From the NCBI GenBank assembly GCA_963765895.1, contig CAVXZB010000064.1, positions 64,001 through 128,000 of the forward strand: a stretch of DNA of 64,000 bases, written 5' to 3'. The stretch comes from an uncultured Nitrososphaeraceae archaeon. GTDB lineage: Archaea > Thermoproteota > Nitrososphaeria > Nitrososphaerales > Nitrososphaeraceae. Both the position numbers and the translations under genes were made by a program. The notes below the pieces were generated by a model. The model searched no databases, was not told the DNA's origin, and saw nothing but the letters and a program-made list of their open reading frames with translations. Of the stretch, positions 22,055-33,225 are shown piece by piece (the stretch's first letter is position 1; the number at the start of each line of letters is the position of its first letter).

Positions 22055-22540
22055 CTATAAATTTATTACGATAGTGTTACGAGTAGGGAAAGTGGGACGC
22101 TGAACGAGCATCTTCAGGTACAAACCCTTTCTATGTCCTTTCAATAATATTGACCTGAGCTGTCTGTGATCAAGCATCCAGAGTGCATCTGAATATGAGA
22201 CCCATCTGTAGCTTTCGTGCTCAATGGAAATTTTCACGAGCTGTGTAGAACTAGTCGCGAAATAAAATGTAACCTCTTTTTCTGATTTCATACCATCGGA
22301 CTTGAAGAAGGTGTATCTAATCTTACCAATGTAAGATTGAATGTCTAAAGATGTTATACTGGTTTCCTCAATGACTTCTCTTACCAGTGTTTGTATCTCG
22401 GTTTCACCCTTTTCCTTATGTCCTTGGGGGAAGCCCCAATATCCTCTTCTATTCTTGAGAAGAAGAAATTCTGGAGATTCTGTATCTTCTCGAGAAGGTC
22501 GATACGCAACAATTGCACCTATAGACTGCTCTGGAGACAC
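22055..22540 (-). CDS. NUDIX hydrolase (Ap4A hydrolase-like)
   Basis: WGFPQGHKEKGETEIQTLVREVIEET Nudix box; EHESYRW. Confidence 0.9.
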   Translation of the reverse strand: MSPEQSIGAIVAYRPSREDTESPEFLLLKNRRGYWGFPQGHKEKGETEIQTLVREVIEETSITSLDIQSYIGKIRYTFFKSDGMKSEKEVTFYFATSSTQLVKISIEHESYRWVSYSDALWMLDHRQLRSILLKGHRKGLYLKMLVQRPTFPTRNTIVINL

Positions 22541-22634
22541 CCTATACCAATGGCTTTCAAGTGTCGATATGATTATAATATTGTTACTTTGTAAAAGGTA
22601 TTAATATCCAAATTTGAGCATACGAATATGGCGG

Positions 22635-22708
22635 GGGCCGGTCGTCTAGTCTGGTAGGATACGGCATTGGCATTGCTGAGGCCGTGGGTTCAAATCCCAC
22701 CCGGTCCA
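22635..22708 (+). tRNA. tRNA-Ala(GGC)
   Basis: Acceptor GGGCCGG/CCGGTCC with G3:U70; anticodon arm CGGCA-TTGGCAT-TGCTG; T arm GTGGG-TTCAAAT-CCCAC. Confidence 0.95.
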
Positions 22709-22715
22709 CTCATTC

Positions 22716-23228
22716 CTAAACTGCTCTGCTCCTTAACTCCTCGTCGGCTATTAAAATAACTTCCTTAACCTCAATTGCTGCCTGTTTTTTATTATAAATA
22801 TCGTAGCACCTGAATAATCTTTGGTTACCACTATCATATCCAAGAGTAATTATTTCTTTGCGAAACTCCATTTGCGAATCCATCAATATTCTGCCCAAGC
22901 CAGATTCTTTATTCCGAATCCGAACAATTACACTCAACGGCAAACAGTCAATGTGGATTTGCGACAATGCATAGACAAGTCTTCTTTTTGATTTTGAGTC
23001 AATCACGTAGGCGCGGCGCAATATAAGTTGATTCGATTCTATCTGTTCAATAACCCGTATAGATGGAATCGAATTCAGGATGATATATAATTTGTCTTCA
23101 AGTACACCGGTATCAGCTAGCAAAATTTTTGATAGTAAGGACATTTTCTTGCCCATTTTCTCTTCTAGGACATGAATACTATCAACTAATCTTATACTCC
23201 CGTCTACTCTGATTCGTATAGGGAGCAT
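22716..23228 (-). CDS. Chorismate lyase/UTRA-fold protein (DUF98/UbiC-like)
   Basis: ILLADTGVLEDKL, RR...LVYALSQI, GLGRIL, RCYDI and IEVKE pattern. Confidence 0.65.
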   Translation of the reverse strand: MLPIRIRVDGSIRLVDSIHVLEEKMGKKMSLLSKILLADTGVLEDKLYIILNSIPSIRVIEQIESNQLILRRAYVIDSKSKRRLVYALSQIHIDCLPLSVIVRIRNKESGLGRILMDSQMEFRKEIITLGYDSGNQRLFRCYDIYNKKQAAIEVKEVILIADEELRSRAV

Positions 23229-23279
23229 GCAAGCAAACTCCTCAAAGAGATTAAAGAGAGTCGAATCAATTCAAAAACC

Positions 23280-24010
23280 TCACGTTGAAAGACTTATGTG
23301 TCCAGAACAGAAATAGGAGACTACAACAGATGCAATTGTGACAGCTATTGTTCCTAAACTGATCGCCTTGAGAGAAATTTCCAACCTGTTTTGCTTGGTG
23401 ATAAGCGCTTTGGTTCTTTTTAATGCCTTGTATTCACGTGAAAGTCTGATTTCTATATAACTGACACAACCTGTAAGAAACGAAAGCAGAATAGCCGAAA
23501 TTGCAATTGAATCGGTCTGCATGACGAATCCAGCAAGAAGTGGGATCACCCCCCATGAAATAGCAAACCAAAAATTATCATGGAAAAAGCCTCCGAATAA
23601 CTCGAAGTTATAAGCAAATAAGAAAAATCCCTCCGAAATGGCGATCAGAGCAAGAAACGGTACATAATTAACAATGTAGTATAGTCCTATCGAATAGGCA
23701 AGGACTAACCCTAATATCAACAACAGCTTTAGTTCGCGTTTAGTAATATAATTTGCCCACGGTCTGATTCGTTTGGATCCAAGCGCATCTGCTCGCATGT
23801 GCTCCTAATCCCAAAGCTAGGAAATAAATTACTGCTAACGCAAATAATCTGTCAAGATGAATAACCGGAGATAACAAACCTCCAGAGTACTGTGAAGCAT
23901 ATGCTCATTGATGTATAAGGTAAGAACAATAGCCCAATCAAGACACGGAATTTTATTGGACCAAATTTTGGCACAAACCATTCATTGATTCGTGAGTCGT
24001 CCTTGCTCAT
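23280..24010 (-). CDS. Multi-pass membrane protein, possibly UbiA-superfamily; two +1 frameshifts (about 23885 and 23793)
   Basis: Reconstructed MSKDDSRINEWFVPKFGP...LPYTSM...LGAHAADALGS...FAYNFELFGGFFH...ISWGVIP; ATGA overlap with the upstream methyltransferase. Confidence 0.6.
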
Positions 24011-24687
24011 TTCTTTTGAGCAACTACTATTCGGCAGTCCCGAGTGTATAATAGGTACATGTGACTAATCTCATACCTTTTGCATTGAGTATATTCATGC
24101 ATTCAATAAGCCACTTACTTTCTTCAATAAGATAATCCAATTCCATAAAAACGTCCTTCCATGATCGTATGATATTCGAAATGAGCTTTAAAAGGAGAAA
24201 ATAAGATTTCCAAATCACGCGCATTAACACGGCAGTTGGATAAGTAAAATCATGTAGGACTAGGATCCCGTTCTGCTTAAGGACGCGCAGACACTCGTTT
24301 AGCAGTTTATCAATATGAGTGTACTTTGGAACATACGAAGCAACAACTGAATCAAATGCTTCGTCTTTAAATGGCAGTGACTTCTGCATTGGAGTTGAGT
24401 AGGGGTAAATCAATTTTTTTGGCTAACGCAACCTGTAAATATTTGAAATTCAGATCCAAACCATACACAACTCCAAAATTGTTAACTTTCTGTATGGCGG
24501 TCGAAAGAATGCCTGTCCCGCATCCGAGGTCAAGAATAATTTTAGAATTCTTTAAGTTGTATGCAATTTGCTTTTTCCATACTTTGTCCTGGCCAAATGT
24601 GGCAGCATAGACTAACCGATCGTAACTACCAGCATTTTCAGCGGTGAAAAATTTTAGAGCACTTAGATTACCTTTGTGAAGAGGCAT
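24007..24687 (-). CDS. UbiE/MenG-like class I methyltransferase; frameshifts at about 24380 and 24033
   Basis: YDRLV...TFGQDKVWK, ILDLGCGTG, AE-LPFKDEAFD, RVLKQNG and HDF. Confidence 0.85.
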
Positions 24688-24758
24688 GATTACTGCTATC
24701 TGACTATTAATCTATTATCAATGTATATACCTAATAATTACTCATAAATAGTAAGAGC

Positions 24759-25448
24759 TTGCATTTTGTTAATTGGCAAAGGAATATTTCCGTTGAAACT
24801 ATCAATGGTAAGAAGGTCATTGTCAAAAGGAACAAAGCGAGTAAAGGTTTCCATGAGTATCTTTTGGTACTTGCCTATGGCTTAATTTCCATCCTTATGC
24901 TACATCCTTCTACGCCACCTTTGCTGGGCGAAATTTCTCGTAAAAACGAAGGGGTTGGGATGAGAACACTTCTCAAAGACTTAGGGGTGCCGACTCCGGA
25001 CTTGTTATCTATTTCAGATAATATCATCATCGAGAAGTACATCGCAGGAGGGAATCTATATCGAGTCTTCTCACATGGTAGGCATACCGATTTGAGTTAT
25101 CACGCGGGAGTCCTGACAGGCAGATTGCATAACGCCGGATATTCGTTTATCGACAACAAATGTCAAAATTATTTGATAGGTGACACTGAGCCTGTTATTA
25201 GGACTGATCTGGGATTTACCCAAAGGAACGCATCTGCTTTCCCAAGGGGTATGGACATTGCAACCTTCCTTGCCAGCGTAATAGACCTAGACCAGAATAC
25301 ATATTTGAGAATTGAAGAGTCATTTATTAAAGGATATATTGCCCAATCCAAGAAATCAATTCCATTTTTTTGGTTGGTATTACGTAACATATTAGCCCTG
25401 GGCTTCGCATCGGATCGAATTTTAATGGTAAGAAATATGCTCCGATGA
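24759..25448 (+). CDS. Atypical kinase-fold protein (Bud32/Kdo/RIO-like)
   Basis: VIVKR, GVPTP, EKYIAG, RLHNAGYSFIDNKCQNYL and TDLG. Confidence 0.65.
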   Translation: MHFVNWQRNISVETINGKKVIVKRNKASKGFHEYLLVLAYGLISILMLHPSTPPLLGEISRKNEGVGMRTLLKDLGVPTPDLLSISDNIIIEKYIAGGNLYRVFSHGRHTDLSYHAGVLTGRLHNAGYSFIDNKCQNYLIGDTEPVIRTDLGFTQRNASAFPRGMDIATFLASVIDLDQNTYLRIEESFIKGYIAQSKKSIPFFWLVLRNILALGFASDRILMVRNMLR

Positions 25449-25474
25449 TTTATCTGGTGGAAATATTGCGTAAT

Positions 25475-25867
25475 CTAGATTGGTGGAAGCTCTGTCTTTC
25501 TGTCAAAACCGCCTGAACCAAATCTGCAATAAAAGCACTGATCTGACATCATATAGGAAATCTGTTGAATGACGACTGCTCCTAGTTTTATTGCGACTTT
25601 AGTCATCAGTTTGTACTTTAACGGCATGGAAGGAATTACTTCCTTAAAGTAAACGTTGTAGTGATCCGGACATAGCTTTAATGTAATCTGTGCCTTAATA
25701 GATTGTTTTGAATCCTGAATACTATTATTGTTTAAGTTTTTTGAGATATTCACTTGTTCCCGAATGAACTCGTGCTTGGGGCATGGACAATCTTTCCCCT
25801 TGGGATGTTTATAAGCAGGTATATTCTTCCAATCAAAATCAGGAAAATCCTTTTCAAAATCCTCCAT
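25475..25867 (-). CDS. Hypothetical protein, Cys/His-rich (possible Zn binding)
   Basis: CPCPKH, LCPDH and CFYC motifs. Confidence 0.65.
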   Translation of the reverse strand: MEDFEKDFPDFDWKNIPAYKHPKGKDCPCPKHEFIREQVNISKNLNNNSIQDSKQSIKAQITLKLCPDHYNVYFKEVIPSMPLKYKLMTKVAIKLGAVVIQQISYMMSDQCFYCRFGSGGFDRKTELPPI

Positions 25868-25992
25868 CAGTTATCTTTGGTACTTACGGTATCATATGAT
25901 ATAAATATGTAGTATTAGCCTAGGGCATGTGTTGCTAAGCAGAAAAAATATATTTTTGGTTATCCAACAACAGACGAGCGACGTGGGTCGAG

Positions 25993-27000
25993 ATGTATAG
26001 TAATGGAATAGGCAGCGCAGCAAAGGTAGAATCATCCTCTGCTTCTGCAGAAAAAAATCGAAACGACAATTCATCAATACAGAATCAGGATTCTAATCTC
26101 AAGACTTTGTTGGAATTCAAAAAAACACTCTTGGAGGAACAGAAAAATGGGGAAAAAACCATTGAAGGACTAAACAAAAAGATTGAGGACACAAAAAGGC
26201 AGATTGATGAAGGAAGGATTCTGCTGGAGGACTTGCGCGTAAAGCTGAAAGAGATTAACGAACAAAAGGATTTACATCTCTCAAAATTTACTGAACTTAA
26301 GAATACCCTTGTAGATGCTAGGAACCAAATGAAATCACTTGATGAAAAAACAGCCTCTGCTGGTGCCAATCTTCGTAAAGAAAGGCTCAATACTACTCAT
26401 CTAACACGAGCACTTGATCAAATAGAACGGGATATACAAACTAGAAAGCTTTCAAAGGATGAGGAACGGAAGTTGGTTTTGAAATCTAAGCAGATTGCGA
26501 CCAAATTGCATGCCATGAAAATCATGTATAAAAAAGAAGACAAATATCGACAGATTTCATCTGAATATGAGATTCTAAAATCAACTATGAACAAAATATT
26601 CGACGGCAAAGCTGAACTGGGTGAAAAAATAGGTAGGTTGAAAACCGATCTGGACACCTTGCTTAACTTACGTGAGAGTCTTTATGAAGATCGAAGGAAG
26701 AACATACGAGGAGTTCGTGAATCTGAGGCTAAACTAGAAATGGTAGACACTCAATTGAACGCAATTGAATTTAAGAAATCTCGTGTACATGCCGCAGAGT
26801 ATCGTCATAGGAGACAAAGGAGTCACGGTAGACATGATGACAGATATGAAGCGGTTCAAGAAAGACATAAAAGAAATAAGGAAAATCAAGAGAGATGGAA
26901 CCTATTGAAGGAAGCTGCGGTTAAGAAAATGTCTAGCGGAGAAAAACTGAGTTTTGAGGAAATGAAGTTGATATTTAGTGATGACAATTCTCAAGACTAG
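25993..27000 (+). CDS. Archaeal coiled-coil protein (COG1340-like)
   Basis: Long heptad-rich sequence; QTRKLSKDEERKLV and C-terminal GEKLSFEEMKL. Confidence 0.75.
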   Translation: MYSNGIGSAAKVESSSASAEKNRNDNSSIQNQDSNLKTLLEFKKTLLEEQKNGEKTIEGLNKKIEDTKRQIDEGRILLEDLRVKLKEINEQKDLHLSKFTELKNTLVDARNQMKSLDEKTASAGANLRKERLNTTHLTRALDQIERDIQTRKLSKDEERKLVLKSKQIATKLHAMKIMYKKEDKYRQISSEYEILKSTMNKIFDGKAELGEKIGRLKTDLDTLLNLRESLYEDRRKNIRGVRESEAKLEMVDTQLNAIEFKKSRVHAAEYRHRRQRSHGRHDDRYEAVQERHKRNKENQERWNLLKEAAVKKMSSGEKLSFEEMKLIFSDDNSQD

Positions 27001-27095
27001 TATAAATTTCGCCAACAATTAATGACAATACGTAAACGAGACAATGCGAGCAACTCCTAAACACGATTTCGGTCAATCATAGTTCACGTTGTTAT

Positions 27096-27713
27096 ATGGT
27101 TGCCTCGATTTTATCCGATTATGAGGGTAAGGAATTAGTCAAGTTCGCTCGACTAACGGTTGAGAGCTACGTTTCAAATAAGGAGCTTGACTATGGTGGA
27201 AATTGGATACAAATCAAGGCAGGCGCTTTTGTAAGTCTATTTCGTTACAACGATCTTGGACACCTAGAGCTACGGGGATGTGTTGGTTATCCTTATGCTG
27301 ATAACGATTTGAATTATACCATTAAGCAGGCATCCATAGGAGCGGCTACGCGCGATCCTAGATTCAAGTCAATAACCCCCAGCGAATTGTCCGGAATAAT
27401 TTTTGAAGTTAGCATACTGACTAACCCATCTAGAATTACCATCAATAATCCGGATGATTATTTGGGTAATATAAGAATAGGAATAGATGGGTTGATTCTA
27501 TATTGGGAGTATGGATCAGGATTGTTGCTACCTCAAGTACCAGTAGAGTATAATTGGAGTGTGAAAGAATACTTGGCTAATCTTTGCAATAAGGCTAGCG
27601 CTCCATCAAATATATGGCAATTATCCACGACAAAAGTATACAAATTTCAAGCACTTGTTTTTAGAGAGATCAAACCTAATGGGGACATCATTAAAGTTAG
27701 TCTTGATGTATAG
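27096..27713 (+). CDS. AMMECR1-domain protein
   Basis: GAFVSL, LRGCVG, DPRF, EVSILT and GLLLPQVP. Confidence 0.92.
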   Translation: MVASILSDYEGKELVKFARLTVESYVSNKELDYGGNWIQIKAGAFVSLFRYNDLGHLELRGCVGYPYADNDLNYTIKQASIGAATRDPRFKSITPSELSGIIFEVSILTNPSRITINNPDDYLGNIRIGIDGLILYWEYGSGLLLPQVPVEYNWSVKEYLANLCNKASAPSNIWQLSTTKVYKFQALVFREIKPNGDIIKVSLDV

Positions 27714-27788
27714 TCATGGAAAGGAAGTCAATATTGCTCTGCTTGTCTTGTAAAATATATGAATGGAATTCCACCCCTGTTACTTAAA

Positions 27789-28964
27789 TTGGCGAGAATA
27801 TACTTTACTCCATACGGTGTAGGACTTGGCCACGCCAGTCGACTTTTATCAGTAGCAGAACACTTACGAACATCTGGGACAGGATACGGTTTTCTTCTTT
27901 TGGAGAGGCAGTAAACTATCTTGCGGTACATGGTTATGACTGCATGCAGGTTCCTCCGATGGAACTAGTGTGGAGCCCACAGGGTAGCTTTTCTATAAAG
28001 GGCAGTATTGCTAGTATACCCCAATTGTTTACTAATTTTATTCGTCAGCTAAACACAGAAATGAAATATATCCTGTCTTACTCTCCTGATATTATAGTCT
28101 CAGATACGAGACTGTCTCCACTTTTTATAGCGGAGATTCTCAAAATACCCTCAATATTAATTCTTAACCAAGTCAAGCTGCTGCTTTCACCAAGGCTTCG
28201 GGAATTCCGGTTGGCTCGACTATACGAAAAAATGAATGGTGAATTCCTTGGCCTACTGTGGCGATTAGCGGATAGGATCCTAATTCCAGACTTGCCTCCA
28301 CCATATACTATAGCTGAACGGAATGTATGGGATACCAGTACAGTTGCGAGTAGGCTTTCCTATGTCGGCTTTACCTCTCCGAGGCTCACTGTCGCAAACG
28401 AACGACTCGAAAAAGTATGTCATTATTTAGGTCTTGATCGAGCTCGGCCAATAGTATTTTTCCACTTGAGTGGGCCGAAGCGTACAAGATTAAGAATTTT
28501 GCAAAATGTGCTATTGGCTTGCAAGTCCCTTAGACCACAAATCCAATATATAATTTCTGGTGGAACTCCAGATGGTGATCCTGATTTTAAGAAGATAGGC
28601 AGCAAATGGCTGGTATTTTCAATGGTGCCCGGTAAGGGATGAAATATTTGCTCTTAGCAATCTCTTGGTTATAAGAGGTGGTCATACTGTTATTTCTCAG
28701 GCCATTCAATTTGGTAAACCTATGTTAACTATTCCCATAGAAAACCATGGCGAGCAAATAGGAAACTCTGAAAAAGTTGCCAAAATTGGTCTTGGCATGA
28801 TGATACCGTCGGCTCACATTAATCCAAAAAAAATTGTAGAAGCAGTACATCATCTATTAGACGATCATTCTTTCCACGATAGAGCTACTGATGTAATGAA
28901 GCTTAGTAGCGATTTAGATGGAATCGATAATATCGTGAATATAATTAGGCCCTATCTCAAATGA
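27789..28964 (+). CDS. GT-B glycosyltransferase (GT28/MJ1255-like); frameshifts at about 27884 and 28600
   Basis: YGVGLGHASRL, PDIIVSD, RGGHTVISQAIQFGKP and EQIGNS. Confidence 0.85.
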
Positions 28965-30054
28965 GATACTCTTGAGGTTATCAAATACTAATTGAGACAG
29001 TCTGTCTGCCCTGTCATAGCATTTTCGATATTCTTGTCGATTAACGGCTGCAGAAGGACTAAAATTGTCGATTTTAATTGTCTCTTCTATAAGTCCTAGA
29101 TTGCTCATATCAATGGGCTCTAGAAATAGAAGAGGGGCTAAGATGAGTTTGTCCTCTGGTCTTATCCTCTGTATAGTCTGTTCTACGAATGACAGTGAAT
29201 GAATATGCACGTTAAGTGGTATTACAATACTCCGACCTGGTAATAGGGTAAGTAAAGAGATAGCTACTGCCTCATTGAGCAAGAAATTCTGTCCGGATTT
29301 ATCTCTAGTGACGTCCTCGATACGACCGACCTTTATATTCAGTCTTCTTAGGTTAGTCCGATTGGCAATAGGCCCAAGAAATTTGGCGTTGTCTTTTAAT
29401 TCTGTGGAATCGTGGTACAAGAGACAAATATCTGGAACTAGTCCACATTTTAGCGATGCCAGACAGGAAGCTGCCGATAGTGGATTATGAATAGTTGATA
29501 ATGCGAGCACGACGCTGAAAATTGAAAGGTAGCCCTCCCAGTCCGATTTCTGAATGCATAAATACATAGCTCATACTCCTACCCACATAGCATATGATCA
29601 AGTGATCAGCTCTATTCGCGTCCCTAGCTATTTTTATATGCGATTCATTGTCTACTGTTTCTGTAAGTAGGCTACTGGAGGCAATGAACTGAACATCTTT
29701 ACTTACAAAATCAATTTTGGCATCCTCATCGACGAAAATCTTAATAAAGAATGAACAATTGGGAACAACAATTTGCTTTCCGATCTTAACTATACAATCT
29801 ATTAGATCCTGGAACTGACTTTTCACCTTCCTTGCTATTGCTACCCTGTCGATGCCATAGATTTCTGATAGGGAAGACATGGCGTCAACTAAATTGTTAA
29901 CTTCAACGACGACGCATTTTTTTTCATATATAATCTTCTGTATTAATATGTCTTTTAATGCAAGCCGTTTTCTGACTACCGACACTATTTTAGCGCTTCT
30001 TGCATCGTTACAACATGACGGAAATATCACGAGAACGTATTCATTGCTTGTCAT
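28914..30054 (-). CDS. THUMP-domain protein, degenerate ThiI-like; frameshift at about 29505
   Basis: YGIDRVAIA, THUMP-like core and GLGGLP; no recognisable SGGxDS PP-loop. Confidence 0.65.
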
Positions 30055-30134
30055 GTTCTAAAAACCCTAGTCGTAATTTCCATTTATCGAATTGCCTTTA
30101 GATTAGAAAAGCTGATTAACTAGTCGATGTTGTT

Positions 30135-31094
30135 CTACCTTTCTCTAATCGCTTCCTCGATCGATTTCCTGTCGTGAGCGTTCGGTAACTGAGCAAGGTA
30201 TTCAATAAGGTCTTGTTTGGCCTCCGTATGCTTTCCAATTTCGGTCCTTGCCACAGCACGATTTTTATATATAGAAGCATATCGCTTAGCGTTGATCCCT
30301 ATTGCTTTTGTATATTGATCTTCCGCCTTTATGAATTCCTTATTTTTTAGATAATAGTTTCCTAGCCCCCTGTAGGCCAAGTACAATTTTGGATTAAGCG
30401 AAACAGCCTTTTCATAACAGCCTATGCATTCAGGAAGATTAATTTCGTTATATAACGATCCTAGTATATACCAGACTTGAGCGTTGTCTTCCTCTTTGCG
30501 CAGAGCCAATTTTAATCTCTGTATCACTTCATTTGTAGGAATCTGACGCTTCATTTTCTCTACTTCAAAACCTAACCTATTTGAATTTAGGAACTTCAAG
30601 TTCTCTTTCTCCAGAATCGCCCCGATGTCTTTAGGAACAATCACTATCGTGGTCATGTCTTCTTGTTCCCAATCATTTTCGAACATGACTTCTGGTATTG
30701 CGCCTATTGTGTTAGGTTCTGGCACATAAGTGAAGATCCTTCGCTCATCGTTACTATAACCACAAACGATAGAAGCATGTTGAATTGTCTCTTGGATACC
30801 AGGCATTACCACGATTGATGGAATACCCTGATCTACTCTCTTCTTCACATCACTTATAGAGCCTTTGTATATGTACGAAACTAAGCCATGTTTTTCAGCC
30901 AATTCTATACCTTCTATCATTATGGTGCTTTTTACACCTCTATATATCTCCGCTGATCCTTCAGCTTCATTTACATCAATTTCTTCACCCCAGTATTTTG
31001 AAACCACATTGACAACCAATGGTAAGTATACATGTTCGAACTCCTTTGTTACGATAGGCAAGTGAATCATTTGATCTTCACTTTGAGAATGCAT
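30135..31094 (-). CDS. C39 peptidase-like domain plus TPR repeats
   Basis: VSKYWG, VDQGIPSIV, HASIVCGY and FENDW, followed by TPRs (AQVWYILG, AYRGLGNYY, YKNRA). Confidence 0.8.
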   Translation of the reverse strand: MHSQSEDQMIHLPIVTKEFEHVYLPLVVNVVSKYWGEEIDVNEAEGSAEIYRGVKSTIMIEGIELAEKHGLVSYIYKGSISDVKKRVDQGIPSIVVMPGIQETIQHASIVCGYSNDERRIFTYVPEPNTIGAIPEVMFENDWEQEDMTTIVIVPKDIGAILEKENLKFLNSNRLGFEVEKMKRQIPTNEVIQRLKLALRKEEDNAQVWYILGSLYNEINLPECIGCYEKAVSLNPKLYLAYRGLGNYYLKNKEFIKAEDQYTKAIGINAKRYASIYKNRAVARTEIGKHTEAKQDLIEYLAQLPNAHDRKSIEEAIRER

Positions 31095-31140
31095 ACTCTC
31101 ACATTGCAAGTTAAGCAAATAAATATCTGCTGGAGATAGT

Positions 31141-31720
31141 TCACAAACCAACGAAGTTTCTTATTAACTGCAAGCCGTCGGCACCACTTCGTTCCGGATG
31201 GAATTGCACTCCAAAGATCAATTTCGATTTATGCGATATAATCTCATTTTGACACAAGATCGATGATCCGATTCGTACAGAATCATCAGGCAGCCTGGCG
31301 ATACTATATCCGTGACTCTCAAAGACGCTTATGGAACTTGATTTGGTTACGAGAGGGTTAGGTTCGAGGATTTCTACAGTTGACATTTGACGAATTGGGT
31401 GCTTCATCCTCGTTATAGTGCCTCCAAATGTCAGGGCAATTATTTCACATCCAAAGCAAATTCCTAACACTGGAACCTCATCCTCAGCACATCTTCTCAG
31501 AAGTAACGAATTAATCCAGTTGCTCTCTTTGCTACTCATTTGCCTGCCTGACAAAATCACCTTATCATAGGCCTTATCCACCCAATGGTTTGATCTTGAT
31601 AATTCGTAAAACCTCTTATACTCATATTTGACTTTGACCAAATTGAGACAAGTTATGATGTCCTTGGCGAAGGGGGAAAGGTTGTCAACTACAAGTACCT
31701 CTAGATGATAACTTGCTCAT
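31141..31720 (-). CDS. Class I glutamine amidotransferase (GMP synthase subunit A-like); frameshift at about 31699
   Basis: VLVVDN, ILSG, PVLGICFG, SHG and GVQFHPE. Confidence 0.88.
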
Positions 31721-32347
31721 CGCGATAGGGTGAAAGATTGATCACATCATACTTAAACTGTAGTCAAGAATTATCGATTAATTCGTACTCCCACGTAGGT
31801 ATCACTCTTATTCCTAAATAAACTCTCTTAGTCCAGGACCGCTGGGATATCCGTCACTTGTACACAAGATTAATGACAATCTGATTTCAGAGGTTTTTAT
31901 GATCTGTCCTCCCAAACAGCAGATTTGCCAGTCTCAAAATCTACCACAAGCTGAATTTTTATCCTAGTTGGATCCGGGATTTTGGAAAGATTGAGAGAGC
32001 TGGAGTTACTCTGAGTCACTCTTTTCTAGCCAGCCCGCATCCTGTCTACCAAGCTCTGCCTAGAATTGAATAATAGATACTGAATATAGCTGATTTTAGA
32101 CATCAGACATATCATATACCAACAAAATTTACCCCGCGATATCTTGACTTCTACAAGAATCCTGCTCATATAATTGACAAAATATATCCGAACCTTAGGG
32201 CAATACGACCATGTGAACATCGCGCATATATCACTCAATATAGCGACCAAATATTAAGACAAAAGGTAGAGACGGGAATTAGTCGAGAATTATTTCTCAA
32301 TTTACGGCTATTGGAATACTTGTACCAGCACTTCTGATCGATTCTAA

Positions 32348-33217
32348 TTACGCAAAAACAACACGATTTCTTATCATGCCAAGCTTCTCAATAACGATTT
32401 CTACGATATCGCCATCCCTTAAGTATCTCGGTTCTTTCATAGACATCGCGACGCCTGCGGGGGTGCCAGTTGAAATTATGTCGCCGGCTTCAATCGTCAT
32501 AACTGAGCTAAGACTCGATATGATCCTCTTTATTGGAAGTACCATGTTACCGCTGGAAGAGTTCTGCCTTGTTTCTCCATTTACCTTAGTTAAGATTTTC
32601 AGATTCTGAGGATCATTTACTTCGTCCCTGGTCGTGATCCATGGACCACAAGGAGCAAAAGTATCAATACTTTTTCCTCTTGTGAATTGTTTATCCTTGA
32701 ATTGAATGTCCCGAGCCGACACATCGTGTAATATCATATATCCAAAGACAGAGTCCAGAGAGCTCTCTTCAGATACCTTCTTGATATCTTTTCCTATTAC
32801 GGCAGCAATTTCCGCTTCATAATCGAGTCGCTTCACAAACCGTGGGCAAATTATATCGTTGAATGGTGAATTTAAGGCAGTTCGAGGTTTTATGAAGATT
32901 ACCGGTTCGTCAGATGGGGTAAGCCCGGCATCCCTTGCATGATCATAGTAGTTAAATGCTAAGCATATGATTTTCGGAGGATTTGGTAACGGCGCTAGCA
33001 ATTCAATATCTTTAACGTATTGATTATATTCAAGTTCATTCTTGTATTCATTAATCTCTTCTATCCAACCTTTGAACATGAATTCTTTTACACTAGGTGG
33101 AATAGGTATTCCAGTTTGCTCTTGAATTTCAGCTCTTGTCGCGATCTTCTTTTCATCGCTAGAGATTAAGCCATAACTATCCCCATATCTTTTATCATGC
33201 AGCCTTGCAATTTTCAT
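32348..33217 (-). CDS. Fumarylacetoacetate hydrolase family protein
   Basis: KIICLAFNY, DYEAE, HDVSARD, GKSIDTF and GDIISTGTPAG. Confidence 0.93.
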   Translation of the reverse strand: MKIARLHDKRYGDSYGLISSDEKKIATRAEIQEQTGIPIPPSVKEFMFKGWIEEINEYKNELEYNQYVKDIELLAPLPNPPKIICLAFNYYDHARDAGLTPSDEPVIFIKPRTALNSPFNDIICPRFVKRLDYEAEIAAVIGKDIKKVSEESSLDSVFGYMILHDVSARDIQFKDKQFTRGKSIDTFAPCGPWITTRDEVNDPQNLKILTKVNGETRQNSSSGNMVLPIKRIISSLSSVMTIEAGDIISTGTPAGVAMSMKEPRYLRDGDIVEIVIEKLGMIRNRVVFA

Positions 33218-33225
33218 TAGTTCTT

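Noticed and set aside
22635-25448. Genomic island integrated at tRNA-Ala
   Set aside because: No integrase, no att repeat seen and no obvious compositional shift.
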